Source: an uncultured Thermoanaerobaculia bacterium (GTDB lineage Bacteria; Acidobacteriota; Thermoanaerobaculia; Thermoanaerobaculales; Sulfomarinibacteraceae). Taken from it: 39,154 nt of DNA. The stretch is from contig CAYSHZ010000001.1 in the NCBI GenBank assembly GCA_964430905.1, positions 1 to 39,154 on the forward strand, in the 5' to 3' direction. How positions within the stretch are numbered: the stretch's first letter is position 1; each line of letters begins with the position of its first letter. A program made the translations under genes and the position numbers. Positions 31,590 through 39,154 of the stretch are shown here, one piece after another. Below the pieces are notes generated by a model that saw nothing but the letters and a program-made list of their open reading frames with translations, made no database searches and was not told where the DNA came from.

Positions 31590-34453
31590 TGGAGCAGCTG
31601 CGAGTCGTCGATCTTGCCAAAACTATGGGCGTTTCGGCGCGAGACCTGATATTCAAACTCCGCGCAATCGGGGTCACCGTCAGTTCGGAACAGGACACTC
31701 TGGACCTTGCCACCGTCCGCGCCATCATCACCGGAGAGACCCTGGCGCGACGTCCCCGGGAAGTGATCCAACGGCGCGAGCAAAAAGCCGAAGAAACCGC
31801 GAAGGCGTCGGCCCGCGACCGTCTGGCTCGTCGGCGTAAGCGCCAGGTCGTGGAAACGGATCACGAGATTCGCGAAGTAGTGTCCGAGAAGGACACCGAG
31901 GAAGAGACGGTTGAGGTTGCTCCCGAGCCGGCGACTCCCGAAATCCCGATCGCCACCGAGACCATTGAAACCTCCGAGGTCACCGAGACACCGGAGATCG
32001 AGACACCCGAGCCCGAGATCGAGGCCGCGGAGCCCGAAGCAGAGCCCGAGGTCGAGGCTGAAGCCGAAACCGTCAAGACTCCGGCTGAGACCGTTGTCGA
32101 AGCCGAAACCGAGCCCGAGGCGACGACAGAAGAAGCCCCGTCCGGTGAAGAAGCAGTCACAAAGCCGTCGGTCGATGAAGACGACGTGATCGTCAAGCCT
32201 GAACCTGCAGTCTCGGAAGAGGAATTCACCACAAAACGACCCGAGGATGACGAAACCAAGCCCAAGAGAGTCCAGCCGGCACGGGCAAAGACCCCGCTCG
32301 AACAGACTCTCCGAGAGCTCTCGCCCGACGAGATCAGGCAGCGTCTCCAGGCCCAGAAGGAAGCCGAAAAACGCCGAAAGGCCGAACGGGCTGCAGGAAA
32401 GACCCGTCCCGGCAGCAGCCGGAAGGCCAAGGCTGCAGCAGACGCCAAGGAAATCCGGGATCTACTGACCAAGTTCGAAGAACAGAAGGTCAAGGGACAG
32501 GGCGAAGCCGCAACCGCCACGCCCTCGAGACCCGGACAGCGTCCAGGACAACGTCCCGGACAACGTCCTGCAGGCGCAGGCCAGAGGCTCAGCAAGAAGG
32601 CCAGAAAACGCCAGCAGAAGCAGGAAGCCACCCGCAGACCGGCACCGGTGCCGCGTCCGGCCCGCACCGTCGAGTTCCGGGATGGCGTCAAGCCCGAGGG
32701 ACCCATCATCCTTTCGGAAATGGTCACCGTCCGAGAGTTGGCCGAGAAGCTCAACGTCACGGCCAAGGACCTCCTGGCCATGCTGATCCAGCGAGGCATG
32801 ATGGTCACGACCAATCAGGCCCTGCCCCACGAGCTGGCCGAGGAAATCTGTACGGAACTCGAGGTGGATGCGATGGTTGCAACCGCCGAAGAGCTTGTGG
32901 ACTATGAACGCGAAGAGGCAATTGAGACCACCGGGCCCATGGTATCCAGACCTCCGGTCGTCACCGTCATGGGCCACGTCGACCACGGAAAGACCTCACT
33001 GTTGGATGCACTTCGCTCCAGCCGCATCGCAGAAAGCGAAGCGGGCGGCATCACCCAGCACGTTGGGGCATCAAAGATCGAGACCGAGGACGGCCGAGTT
33101 GTCGTCTTCGTCGACACGCCCGGACACGAGGCTTTCACCAAGATGAGAGCTCGTGGCGCGCAGGTCACCGATATCGTCGTTCTGGTCGTCGCCGCAGACG
33201 ACGGAGTCATGCCCCAGACAAAAGAAGCGATCAACCACGCCCGGGCAGCCAATGTTCCCCTGATCGTGGCGATGAACAAGATCGACAAGAACAACGCGGC
33301 GCCGGACAGGGTCAAGCAGCAGCTTTCCGAGGTCGAAATCCTGGTCGAAGACTGGGGTGGCGAGGTGCCCTGCGTGGCCGTTTCGGCCAAGACCCAGGAA
33401 GGCATTCCGGAACTCCTGGACATGATCCTGCTGGTTGCCGAGATGAAAGAACTCAAGGCAACAGTCGAAGGCGCCGCCCGAGGCATCATCCTTGAGGCCC
33501 GTATCGAAAAGGGCCGAGGCACCGTGGCGACAGTGGTCATCCAGCACGGAACGCTCAAGGTCGGCGACCCCTACTTCTGCGGTTCAACCTGGGGCCGCGT
33601 TCGGGCCCTGGCCGACGAGAACGGGAAACGCGTCGATACCGCCGGTCCATCGGATCCGGTCGAGGTCATGGGCTTCGACGGTGTTCCCAATGCCGGCGAT
33701 ATTCTCCAGGTCGTCGAGAATGAGGAGAAGGCTCTCGAAGTCGCCTCCTTCAGAAGCCTGAAGGAGAGGGAAGAGAGTTTTGCCTCCCAACGGAAGGTCT
33801 CGCTTGAGAATCTCTTTGACCACATTTCGGCCGGCGACCAGAAAGAACTCAACGTCGTCATCAAGGCCGACGTGCAGGGCTCCGTCGAGGTGCTCCGGGA
33901 GGCGATGGCCGGCCTCGGTACCGACGAGGTCACCATCAACGTCCTTCACGGGTCGGTGGGCGCCGTCACAACCAACGACGTCATGCTGGCAACAGCGTCA
34001 AACGCAATCATCATCGGCTTCAACGTCAGGCCGGAGAGGACAGCCAAGAACCTCGCCGAGACCGAGAAGGTCGACATCAGGCTCTACACCGTCATCTACA
34101 ATTTGATCGACGACATCAAGAAGGCGATGGTCGGACTGCTCGATCCGGAATTCGAGGAGAAGGAACTGGGACGGGCCGAGGTTCGGGAAGTCTTCAAGGT
34201 TCCCAAGGTTGGTTCCATCGCCGGATCCCATGTGCTCGAAGGTGTGATCCGCCGCGATGCCAAGATCCGTCTCTTGCGGGATAACGTCGTCATTCACGAA
34301 GGTGCGGTCGGATCCTTGAGACGATTCAAGGATGACGCATCCGAGGTGCGCCAGGGATTCGATTGCGGCATCAGTTTTGAGAAGTACAACGACATCAAGG
34401 AAGGCGACATCATCGAAGCCTTCACGATGGTCGAAATCGAGCGAGAGCTGTAG
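31589..34453 (+). CDS. infB: Translation initiation factor IF-2
   Basis: G domain motifs GHVDHGKTSLLD, DTPGHEAF and NKID. Low-complexity acidic and PGQRP-repeat N-terminal region. Conserved C-terminal domains. Confidence 0.97.
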   Translation: MEQLRVVDLAKTMGVSARDLIFKLRAIGVTVSSEQDTLDLATVRAIITGETLARRPREVIQRREQKAEETAKASARDRLARRRKRQVVETDHEIREVVSEKDTEEETVEVAPEPATPEIPIATETIETSEVTETPEIETPEPEIEAAEPEAEPEVEAEAETVKTPAETVVEAETEPEATTEEAPSGEEAVTKPSVDEDDVIVKPEPAVSEEEFTTKRPEDDETKPKRVQPARAKTPLEQTLRELSPDEIRQRLQAQKEAEKRRKAERAAGKTRPGSSRKAKAAADAKEIRDLLTKFEEQKVKGQGEAATATPSRPGQRPGQRPGQRPAGAGQRLSKKARKRQQKQEATRRPAPVPRPARTVEFRDGVKPEGPIILSEMVTVRELAEKLNVTAKDLLAMLIQRGMMVTTNQALPHELAEEICTELEVDAMVATAEELVDYEREEAIETTGPMVSRPPVVTVMGHVDHGKTSLLDALRSSRIAESEAGGITQHVGASKIETEDGRVVVFVDTPGHEAFTKMRARGAQVTDIVVLVVAADDGVMPQTKEAINHARAANVPLIVAMNKIDKNNAAPDRVKQQLSEVEILVEDWGGEVPCVAVSAKTQEGIPELLDMILLVAEMKELKATVEGAARGIILEARIEKGRGTVATVVIQHGTLKVGDPYFCGSTWGRVRALADENGKRVDTAGPSDPVEVMGFDGVPNAGDILQVVENEEKALEVASFRSLKEREESFASQRKVSLENLFDHISAGDQKELNVVIKADVQGSVEVLREAMAGLGTDEVTINVLHGSVGAVTTNDVMLATASNAIIIGFNVRPERTAKNLAETEKVDIRLYTVIYNLIDDIKKAMVGLLDPEFEEKELGRAEVREVFKVPKVGSIAGSHVLEGVIRRDAKIRLLRDNVVIHEGAVGSLRRFKDDASEVRQGFDCGISFEKYNDIKEGDIIEAFTMVEIEREL

Positions 34454-34517
34454 AGCGAACGCTTTCCAGGGCGAATCAGCCCCCTCGTCGGGGCTGACGA
34501 CCCGTGCGAGGTTGCTC

Positions 34518-34823
34518 ATGAACACAGATGCCAGCTTTTATGTCGGAATCGGCCGATTGGAACTCCACGTCCCCGGGGCCCGGAGCCTCAAGGAAAAGAG
34601 AAGCCACACCCGGTCACTGATTGAACGAATCCGGAGCCGGCACCAGGTATTGGTCAGCGAAGTCGGGCACCAGGACCTCTACCAGCGCGCCGCCTTCGCC
34701 GTCTGTGCCTTCTCGGCGGACTCGGTAGACGTCGAGTCCCGGCTTCGTCGAGTGGAACGAACCATCGACGAGAACTGGTCCGGGAACGTCCTCTTGTGGG
34801 ACGTCGAAATCATTCAGGTATGA
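34518..34823 (+). CDS. DUF503 (YlxP-like) protein
   Basis: ATG at 34518 (MNTDASFYVGIGRLELHVPGARSLKEKRS...). The size (101 aa) and the position between infB and rbfA match ylxP-type genes. Confidence 0.8.
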   Translation: MNTDASFYVGIGRLELHVPGARSLKEKRSHTRSLIERIRSRHQVLVSEVGHQDLYQRAAFAVCAFSADSVDVESRLRRVERTIDENWSGNVLLWDVEIIQV

Positions 34824-34829
34824 TGGGGA

Positions 34830-34885
34830 GCTGTCAGCTAAAGGCTGTCAGCTATCGGCTATCAGCTGTCAGCTGTCAGCAGCAA
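34830..34885 (+). repeat. Heptanucleotide tandem array, 7 units plus a degenerate eighth (GCTGTCA/GCTATCA family)
   Basis: Direct reading gives gctgtca gctaaag gctgtca gctatcg gctatca gctgtca gctgtca gcagcaa. It starts 6 nt after the DUF503 stop and ends 41 nt before the rbfA ATG. Confidence 0.9.
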
Positions 34886-34926
34886 TCGACCATCAGTCGG
34901 CGGCTGTTCATTCAAAAGGAGAACTC

Positions 34927-35319
34927 ATGTCCCATCAGGCATTTGATCGAAATCAGCGTTTGGCGTCCGAGATTCGGACCGTGCTGTCGGAGGCTTTGAT
35001 CCACAAGGTCAACGATCCAAGACTCGAGGGCGTCGTAATCTCGGTCGTTCGCCTCAACCGGGACAAGACCCGTGCGAAGATTTTCTTCTCGGTCGTTGGA
35101 GACGACGAAAGGGAACGCCAGGCAGCCGACGGATTCCAGGCCGCATCGCCATTTTTGCGCCGCCAACTGGGTCTTCAGATGCGTCTGAGATCCCTCCCGG
35201 AACTCGAGTTCACCAGGGACGACTCCTATGCATACGGCGACAAGCTCGAACGGCTTTTCGATCAGCTGCACGCCGATGGCGTCTTCCCCCGTGAGGAGAC
35301 TCCGGACGACGCCTCATGA
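34927..35319 (+). CDS. rbfA: Ribosome-binding factor A
   Basis: AAGGAG lies 5 nt upstream of the ATG. RLASEIRTVLSEALIHKVNDPRLEGVVISVVRLNRDKTRAKIFFSV is RbfA-typical. Confidence 0.93.
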   Translation: MSHQAFDRNQRLASEIRTVLSEALIHKVNDPRLEGVVISVVRLNRDKTRAKIFFSVVGDDERERQAADGFQAASPFLRRQLGLQMRLRSLPELEFTRDDSYAYGDKLERLFDQLHADGVFPREETPDDAS

Positions 35320-36296
35320 GCCGACTGCACACTCCCGCAGAGATCGTTGAGCGCCTCCGGCGCTGTCACAGGGTTCTGATCACGGGCCACCGCAATCCCG
35401 ATGGTGACTGTCTCGGTGGCGCCATCGGATTTGCCGAATTGGCCGCCAAGCTCGGAGTCAAGTCGGTGATTCTCTTCCATGACGCCCTCCCGCTGGGACT
35501 CAAGGAACTCCCCGGCGCCGAGGCAGTGACAATTGCGGAGAACCTTCCCGACGATTTCCCGATCGCTTTCGATGCGGTCGTGACCATGGAGTGCCCCGGA
35601 CTGGACCGTACCGGTTTCGAAGATCTCCACCGAGTCCCGATCCTCAATATTGATCATCACAAGGACAACGACCGTTTCGGCGACCTCAACTTCCTCGACG
35701 AGGACAGTCCGGCAGTCGGCGAAATGGTCTGGCGGTTGTTTGAGATTTCCCCGGTCCAACCTTCGAAGGACGCGGCGACTGCCCTCTTTGCCGCGCTGTC
35801 CACCGATACCGGAGACTTCCGCTACTCAAACGCAACCGGGACGGCCTTTCGGGCCGCCGCCGAAATGGTCGAGTGGGGCGCAGACCCGACTCTGGTTTCA
35901 GAGCTGGTCCATGAGCGCAGGTCACTGGGATCAGTACGACTCGAAGCCGAAGCCCTGTCGACCCTGGAAATGCACAGTTCAAACCAACTGGCCATCATTG
36001 CGGTCGGCCCCGAAGCCTTTGAACGCGCCGGCGCCACGGACGCCGACACCGACCAGATCGTCAACGTTCCCCGGTCGATCGCCGGAGTAGAGATCGTTGC
36101 CTTTCTCAAACAGACCGAGGCCGGCGTCGTCCGCGTCAGCCTGCGTTCGAGAGGAATGACCGACGTTCGGAGTGTGGCCACCTCATTCGGAGGTGGCGGC
36201 CACACCAACGCCGCCGGCTGTTCGATCGACGGTGACCTGGACACCGCTCGCGAGAAGCTCCTCCCAAAACTCAAAGCCCTGCTGGAGAACAGCTGA
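35316..36296 (+). CDS. nrnA: DHH/DHHA1 phosphoesterase (NrnA-like oligoribonuclease / pAp phosphatase)
   Basis: Motifs ITGHRNPDGDCLGGAIG, NIDHHKDN and GGGHTNAAG. ATGA overlap with rbfA and TGATG overlap with truB. Confidence 0.85.
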   Translation: MSRLHTPAEIVERLRRCHRVLITGHRNPDGDCLGGAIGFAELAAKLGVKSVILFHDALPLGLKELPGAEAVTIAENLPDDFPIAFDAVVTMECPGLDRTGFEDLHRVPILNIDHHKDNDRFGDLNFLDEDSPAVGEMVWRLFEISPVQPSKDAATALFAALSTDTGDFRYSNATGTAFRAAAEMVEWGADPTLVSELVHERRSLGSVRLEAEALSTLEMHSSNQLAIIAVGPEAFERAGATDADTDQIVNVPRSIAGVEIVAFLKQTEAGVVRVSLRSRGMTDVRSVATSFGGGGHTNAAGCSIDGDLDTAREKLLPKLKALLENS

Positions 36297-37246
36297 TGAG
36301 CCGACGACGACCCTCTCGATGGAACGGACTCTTACCCGTCTACAAGAAGACCGGCCCCACCTCTCACGATATCGTTGACATCGCACGGCGCAGCCTCAAG
36401 GAAAGGCGCATCGGCCATACGGGAACCCTGGATCCGATGGCCGAGGGTCTGCTCCTTCTCTGCGTCGGTCGTGCAACCCGGCTCCAGCAGTACCTCCTCA
36501 AGTGGGACAAGGCCTATCGCGGCCGGGTCAGGCTGGGCTGGGCAACCGACACCTACGACGCCGAGGGCGAACGAGTTGGTGACACCATCCAGCCGGAAAC
36601 CATCTCTCCCGAGCGAATTCTCGAACTTGAGGACCGCTTCTCGGGGCACTTCGATCAGGTTCCGCCCAGATACTCCGCCAAAAAGGTCGGTGGGAAAAAG
36701 GCCTACGAGCTGGCCCGCTCAGGACAGGACGTCGAAATCGAACCGAAATCCGTCCACGTCCACTCCCTGCACCTCGTCCAGGAAGAGAATGAAAACCTGA
36801 TCGTCGAAGTCGAGACCGAGAGCGGATTCTACGTACGATCCCTGGCTCATGACCTCGGAGTCGAACTCGGCTGGGGCGCCCATCTCAGGCGTCTCGAACG
36901 GACTCGAATCGGACCCTTTCAGGCGGACAACGCCATTCACCAGGAACAGCTCGAGACTGCGCCGGATCCAGAAAGTGTCATCGAAGGACCCCATTGGATC
37001 CCCCTTGAGAAGATCCCCCTGCCTTTCCCCTCGGTCGAAGTCAATCCGACCGCGGCCTCTCATTTCACCCATGGGCAGGAGGTCGTCATCCTGCGAATGG
37101 AGAACGATCTCCTCAAAGACAAGGGCCCGGTCGCGGTTCGTAGAGGGGACGAATTGCTGGGCATCGGCGAAATCACCTCAATCGTCGCCCGGGGCCGGAC
37201 GATCACCGTCCAACCGTCACTGGTGCTGGTGGCACAGGACAGCTAA
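36296..37246 (+). CDS. truB: tRNA pseudouridine(55) synthase TruB
   Basis: GLLPVYKKTGPTSHDIV...GHTGTLDPMAEGLLLLCVG contains the catalytic Asp motif. A C-terminal PUA-like region is present. Confidence 0.95.
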   Translation: MSRRRPSRWNGLLPVYKKTGPTSHDIVDIARRSLKERRIGHTGTLDPMAEGLLLLCVGRATRLQQYLLKWDKAYRGRVRLGWATDTYDAEGERVGDTIQPETISPERILELEDRFSGHFDQVPPRYSAKKVGGKKAYELARSGQDVEIEPKSVHVHSLHLVQEENENLIVEVETESGFYVRSLAHDLGVELGWGAHLRRLERTRIGPFQADNAIHQEQLETAPDPESVIEGPHWIPLEKIPLPFPSVEVNPTAASHFTHGQEVVILRMENDLLKDKGPVAVRRGDELLGIGEITSIVARGRTITVQPSLVLVAQDS

Positions 37247-37381
37247 GGCGCCGGCCACGGCAACCGCTCTATCCGGCGGGCGATTGAGGCTGAAGGCTCT
37301 CCTGTTTATTCGTTTGCTCATGCTGAGGGAGTACTATCACACGAGGAACGGTGCGAGGCCCGCGGACAAATATCATCCACC

Positions 37382-37672
37382 TCATCGCTGCACGTCTTCT
37401 CGGTGAAGAGCCGCCCACTCCATATACTGGGGCAACCCCCAAAAAGCCTGGGCAAAGTCAATCGAACGGTAACCATCAGAATCGGGAATACTGACATCGG
37501 CACCGGCTGCCACGAGGTACTTGACACACCGACGAAAATTGCCGCAGGACCGGGTCACGTTGAGGCCTTGAAAAGCGTGGTGCAACGCTGTCCGGCCATC
37601 GATGTCTTGTATGTCCAGATCAGCTCCACGGTCAATCAGCAACCTCTTTGTCTGATACAGATCGAAGGACAC
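37382..37672 (-). CDS. Short ankyrin-repeat protein, possibly a 5'-truncated remnant
   Basis: [18 protein letters not shown] and [22 protein letters not shown] are ANK-repeat signatures. The only start is a GTG at 37672 without an SD. ANK-like sequence (GVFHTVV) continues in frame upstream to a stop at 37709-37711. Confidence 0.5.
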   Translation of the reverse strand: MSFDLYQTKRLLIDRGADLDIQDIDGRTALHHAFQGLNVTRSCGNFRRCVKYLVAAGADVSIPDSDGYRSIDFAQAFWGLPQYMEWAALHREDVQR

Positions 37673-37733
37673 AACAGTATGGAAAACCCCGGATTTGGGC
37701 GCAGAATCCTATTCTTGCCCGAACCCGAAATTA

Positions 37734-37762
37734 TTGCGTCCCAAACCACTTCCTGGTATGGT
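37734..37762 (+). promoter_or_regulatory. Candidate rpsO promoter
   Basis: TTGCGT (37734-37739), a 17-nt spacer, then an extended -10 TGGTATGGT (37754-37762). A downstream leader hairpin CCTCC/GGAGG (37770-37787) involves an SD-like GGAGG. Confidence 0.3.
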
Positions 37763-37802
37763 GTCGTGGCCTCCTCGCCATCGGAGGAACAACGGAGGAA
37801 TG

Positions 37803-38072
37803 ATGAGTCATTTTGACGCCCAGAAAGAAACCATTATCGAGGAATTCAAAACCCACACCGGAGACACAGGGTCTCCGGAAGTTCAGATCGCGCTGCTGAC
37901 CCGGCGCATCCAGTACCTGACCGAGCACTTCAAGACGTTCAAGAAGGATTTCCACTCCCGGCGAGGCCTGCTTCGCCTGGTGGGACGCCGTCGCCGTCTG
38001 CTCGACTACCTCAAGAACAAGGATATTACGCGCTATCGCTCCTTGGTGGAACGCCTCGGCCTTCGCGGCTGA
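37803..38072 (+). CDS. rpsO: 30S ribosomal protein S15
   Basis: From the second ATG the product is the canonical 89-aa length. Motifs [52 protein letters not shown] lies just upstream. The ATG at 37800 is an alternative start. Confidence 0.93.
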   Translation: MSHFDAQKETIIEEFKTHTGDTGSPEVQIALLTRRIQYLTEHFKTFKKDFHSRRGLLRLVGRRRRLLDYLKNKDITRYRSLVERLGLRG

Positions 38073-38083
38073 CGGCCGGCCTT

Positions 38084-38145
38084 GAGGCGCCGATTCGCGG
38101 CGTCTCGGCCTCCGCCTCACGACCCCGTCGGCAGACCCCCGACGG
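38084..38145 (+). promoter_or_regulatory. rpsO-pnp intergenic hairpins (candidate pnp leader / processing structure)
   Basis: Hairpin 1: GAGGCGCCG/CGGCGTCTC (38084-38106), 9 bp including one G-U. Hairpin 2: CCGTCGG/CCGACGG (38125-38145), 7 bp. Neither is followed by a T-run. Confidence 0.4.
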
Positions 38146-38163
38146 CAGAAGATCGGAAAAAAT

Positions 38164-39154
38164 ATGACTGTGACAACTAAATCTCTCACTCTGGGTGACA
38201 AGACCCTCTCTTTTGAGTTGGGTAAAATTGCCAAACAGGCCGCAGGCTCGGTCGTCGTACGCCTTGACGACACCATGGTCCTGGTGACCGCCTGCGGGGC
38301 CGACGAACCCCGGAGTGGGGCCGACTTCCTCCCCCTGACCGTCGACTACCGAGAAAACACCTATGCCGGCGGCCGAATCCCCGGTGGATTCTTCAAGCGG
38401 GAAGGGCGTCCGACCGAGAAAGAAACCCTGACCTGCCGCGTCATCGACCGCGGCCTTCGCCCGCAGTTCCCCGACGGCTACTTCGTCGAAACCCAGGTGA
38501 TCGGCTGGGTCCTCTCCGCCGACAACGATAACGACCCCGACGTCCTGGCGATGAACGGCGCCTCGATTGCGCTGATGGTTGCCGGAGGCATTCCCTTCGA
38601 GAACCCGCTTGGCGCGGTCCGAATCGGCAGGGTGGACGGCGAGTTCGTCCTCTTCCCGACCTACGCCCAGCGCGAGGCCTCCGACCTCGATCTCGTTGTT
38701 TCGGGCACCGAGAACGCCATTGCCATGGTGGAATGCGGTGCCAATGAACTTCCCGAGAGCATCATCATCGATGCCCTGGAGTTGGCTCACGGCGAGATCA
38801 AACGCCTGATCGCTCTCCAGCACGAAATCGCCGCCGAGCGCGGCGTTGTCAAGGTGCCCTTCGAAGCCCCCGCCGCTCCATGGCCTGCCGGTTTCGACGA
38901 TGAGGTCCGCACCCAGTGGAAAGCCGAGTTGACCGAGGCGATGCACGTCAAGGGCAAGTTCGAGCAGAAGGATGCAATCAACGCCGTTCGAGCAAAGGCC
39001 CTCGAAGCCCTGTCCGAGGACGAGGTCGACGAGAAGACCTCCTGGGTCAAGGGCGTCTTCCGCCTGATGACCAAGGAGATCACCCGAGAGACCATTCTCG
39101 GAGAGAAAAAGCGTCTCGACGGCCGTGCGTTTGACGAGATCAGACCGATCGCGT
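38164..39154 (+). CDS. pnp: Polyribonucleotide nucleotidyltransferase (PNPase), 5' partial, runs off the window
   Basis: ATG at 38164 (MTVTTKSLTLGDKTLSFELGKIAKQAAGSVVV). YAGGRIPGGFFKREGRPTEKETLTCRVIDR is a PNPase signature. The frame is open to 39154, which is why it is absent from the ORF track. Confidence 0.93.
   Translation, partial: MTVTTKSLTLGDKTLSFELGKIAKQAAGSVVVRLDDTMVLVTACGADEPRSGADFLPLTVDYRENTYAGGRIPGGFFKREGRPTEKETLTCRVIDRGLRPQFPDGYFVETQVIGWVLSADNDNDPDVLAMNGASIALMVAGGIPFENPLGAVRIGRVDGEFVLFPTYAQREASDLDLVVSGTENAIAMVECGANELPESIIIDALELAHGEIKRLIALQHEIAAERGVVKVPFEAPAAPWPAGFDDEVRTQWKAELTEAMHVKGKFEQKDAINAVRAKALEALSEDEVDEKTSWVKGVFRLMTKEITRETILGEKKRLDGRAFDEIRPIA

Noticed and set aside
32531-32566. 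Three tandem 12-nt units encoding PGQRPGQRPGQRP, plus the acidic E/T/P repeats at about 31900-32110 in infB
   Set aside because: The N-terminal region of IF-2 is known to be variable and low-complexity across bacteria, so this is not considered a separate element.
31861-32814. 317-aa minus-strand ORF
   Set aside because: It is antisense to the low-complexity N-terminal region of infB. The product is S/G/A-rich with no motif.
34476-34497. 8-bp hairpin TCAGCCCC/GGGGCTGA between infB and the DUF503 gene
   Set aside because: The stem is real but has no T-run and lies inside an operon. It may be a stability element, but nothing distinguishes it from a chance GC-rich inverted repeat.
38026-38946. 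306-aa minus-strand ORF
   Set aside because: It is antisense to pnp. The plus frame starting at 38164 carries PNPase signatures and is missing from the ORF track only because it has no stop inside the window.

Overview
GC-rich bacterial chromosomal window, densely coding and mostly housekeeping. The phylum cannot be fixed from sequence alone. The kinase and DUF4388 content is reminiscent of Myxococcota- or Acidobacteriota-like lineages, but that is only a guess.

Recognisable blocks:
- rimP-nusA-infB-DUF503-rbfA-nrnA-truB, then rpsO-pnp (29.6-39.2 kb). Several junctions are 1-4 nt start/stop overlaps.
- rpsF-rpsR / DUF2232-rplI-methyltransferase (14.8-18.2 kb, minus strand).
- korAB-type 2-oxoacid:ferredoxin oxidoreductase, Lon protease, and a nitrilase-superfamily hydrolase.
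- An envelope and secreted-enzyme block at the left end: GT-C glycosyltransferase, a 1285-aa secreted protein with two glycoside-hydrolase-like regions, and a PhoD lipoprotein with a His-free rhomboid-like membrane protein.

The least ordinary part is 20.6-28.3 kb. It holds a degenerate-receiver/DUF4388/DegV fusion divergent from an LpxL-type acyltransferase, an SDR, and a Hanks kinase/DUF4388 fusion whose stop overlaps the start of a second GT-C glycosyltransferase. I propose this as a DUF4388-linked envelope lipid/glycan signalling island; that is a hypothesis.

Other points worth a second look:
- A dispersed family of GCT[A/G]TCA heptamer tandem arrays placed immediately after stop codons, at three loci.
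- A 21-nt terminator hairpin reused at two loci.
- A 701-aa protein ending in a complete GreA-like module.
- A strong intrinsic terminator inside the rimP-nusA leader.
- A G-run/C-run tract with a 14-nt direct repeat.
- A truncated ankyrin ORF inserted antisense between truB and rpsO.

I saw no CRISPR array, tRNA, rRNA, transposase or integrase. All domain calls come from motif reading by eye, not from searches. Starts were refined using Shine-Dalgarno spacing and neighbour overlap. The ORF track shows GTG starts as M.
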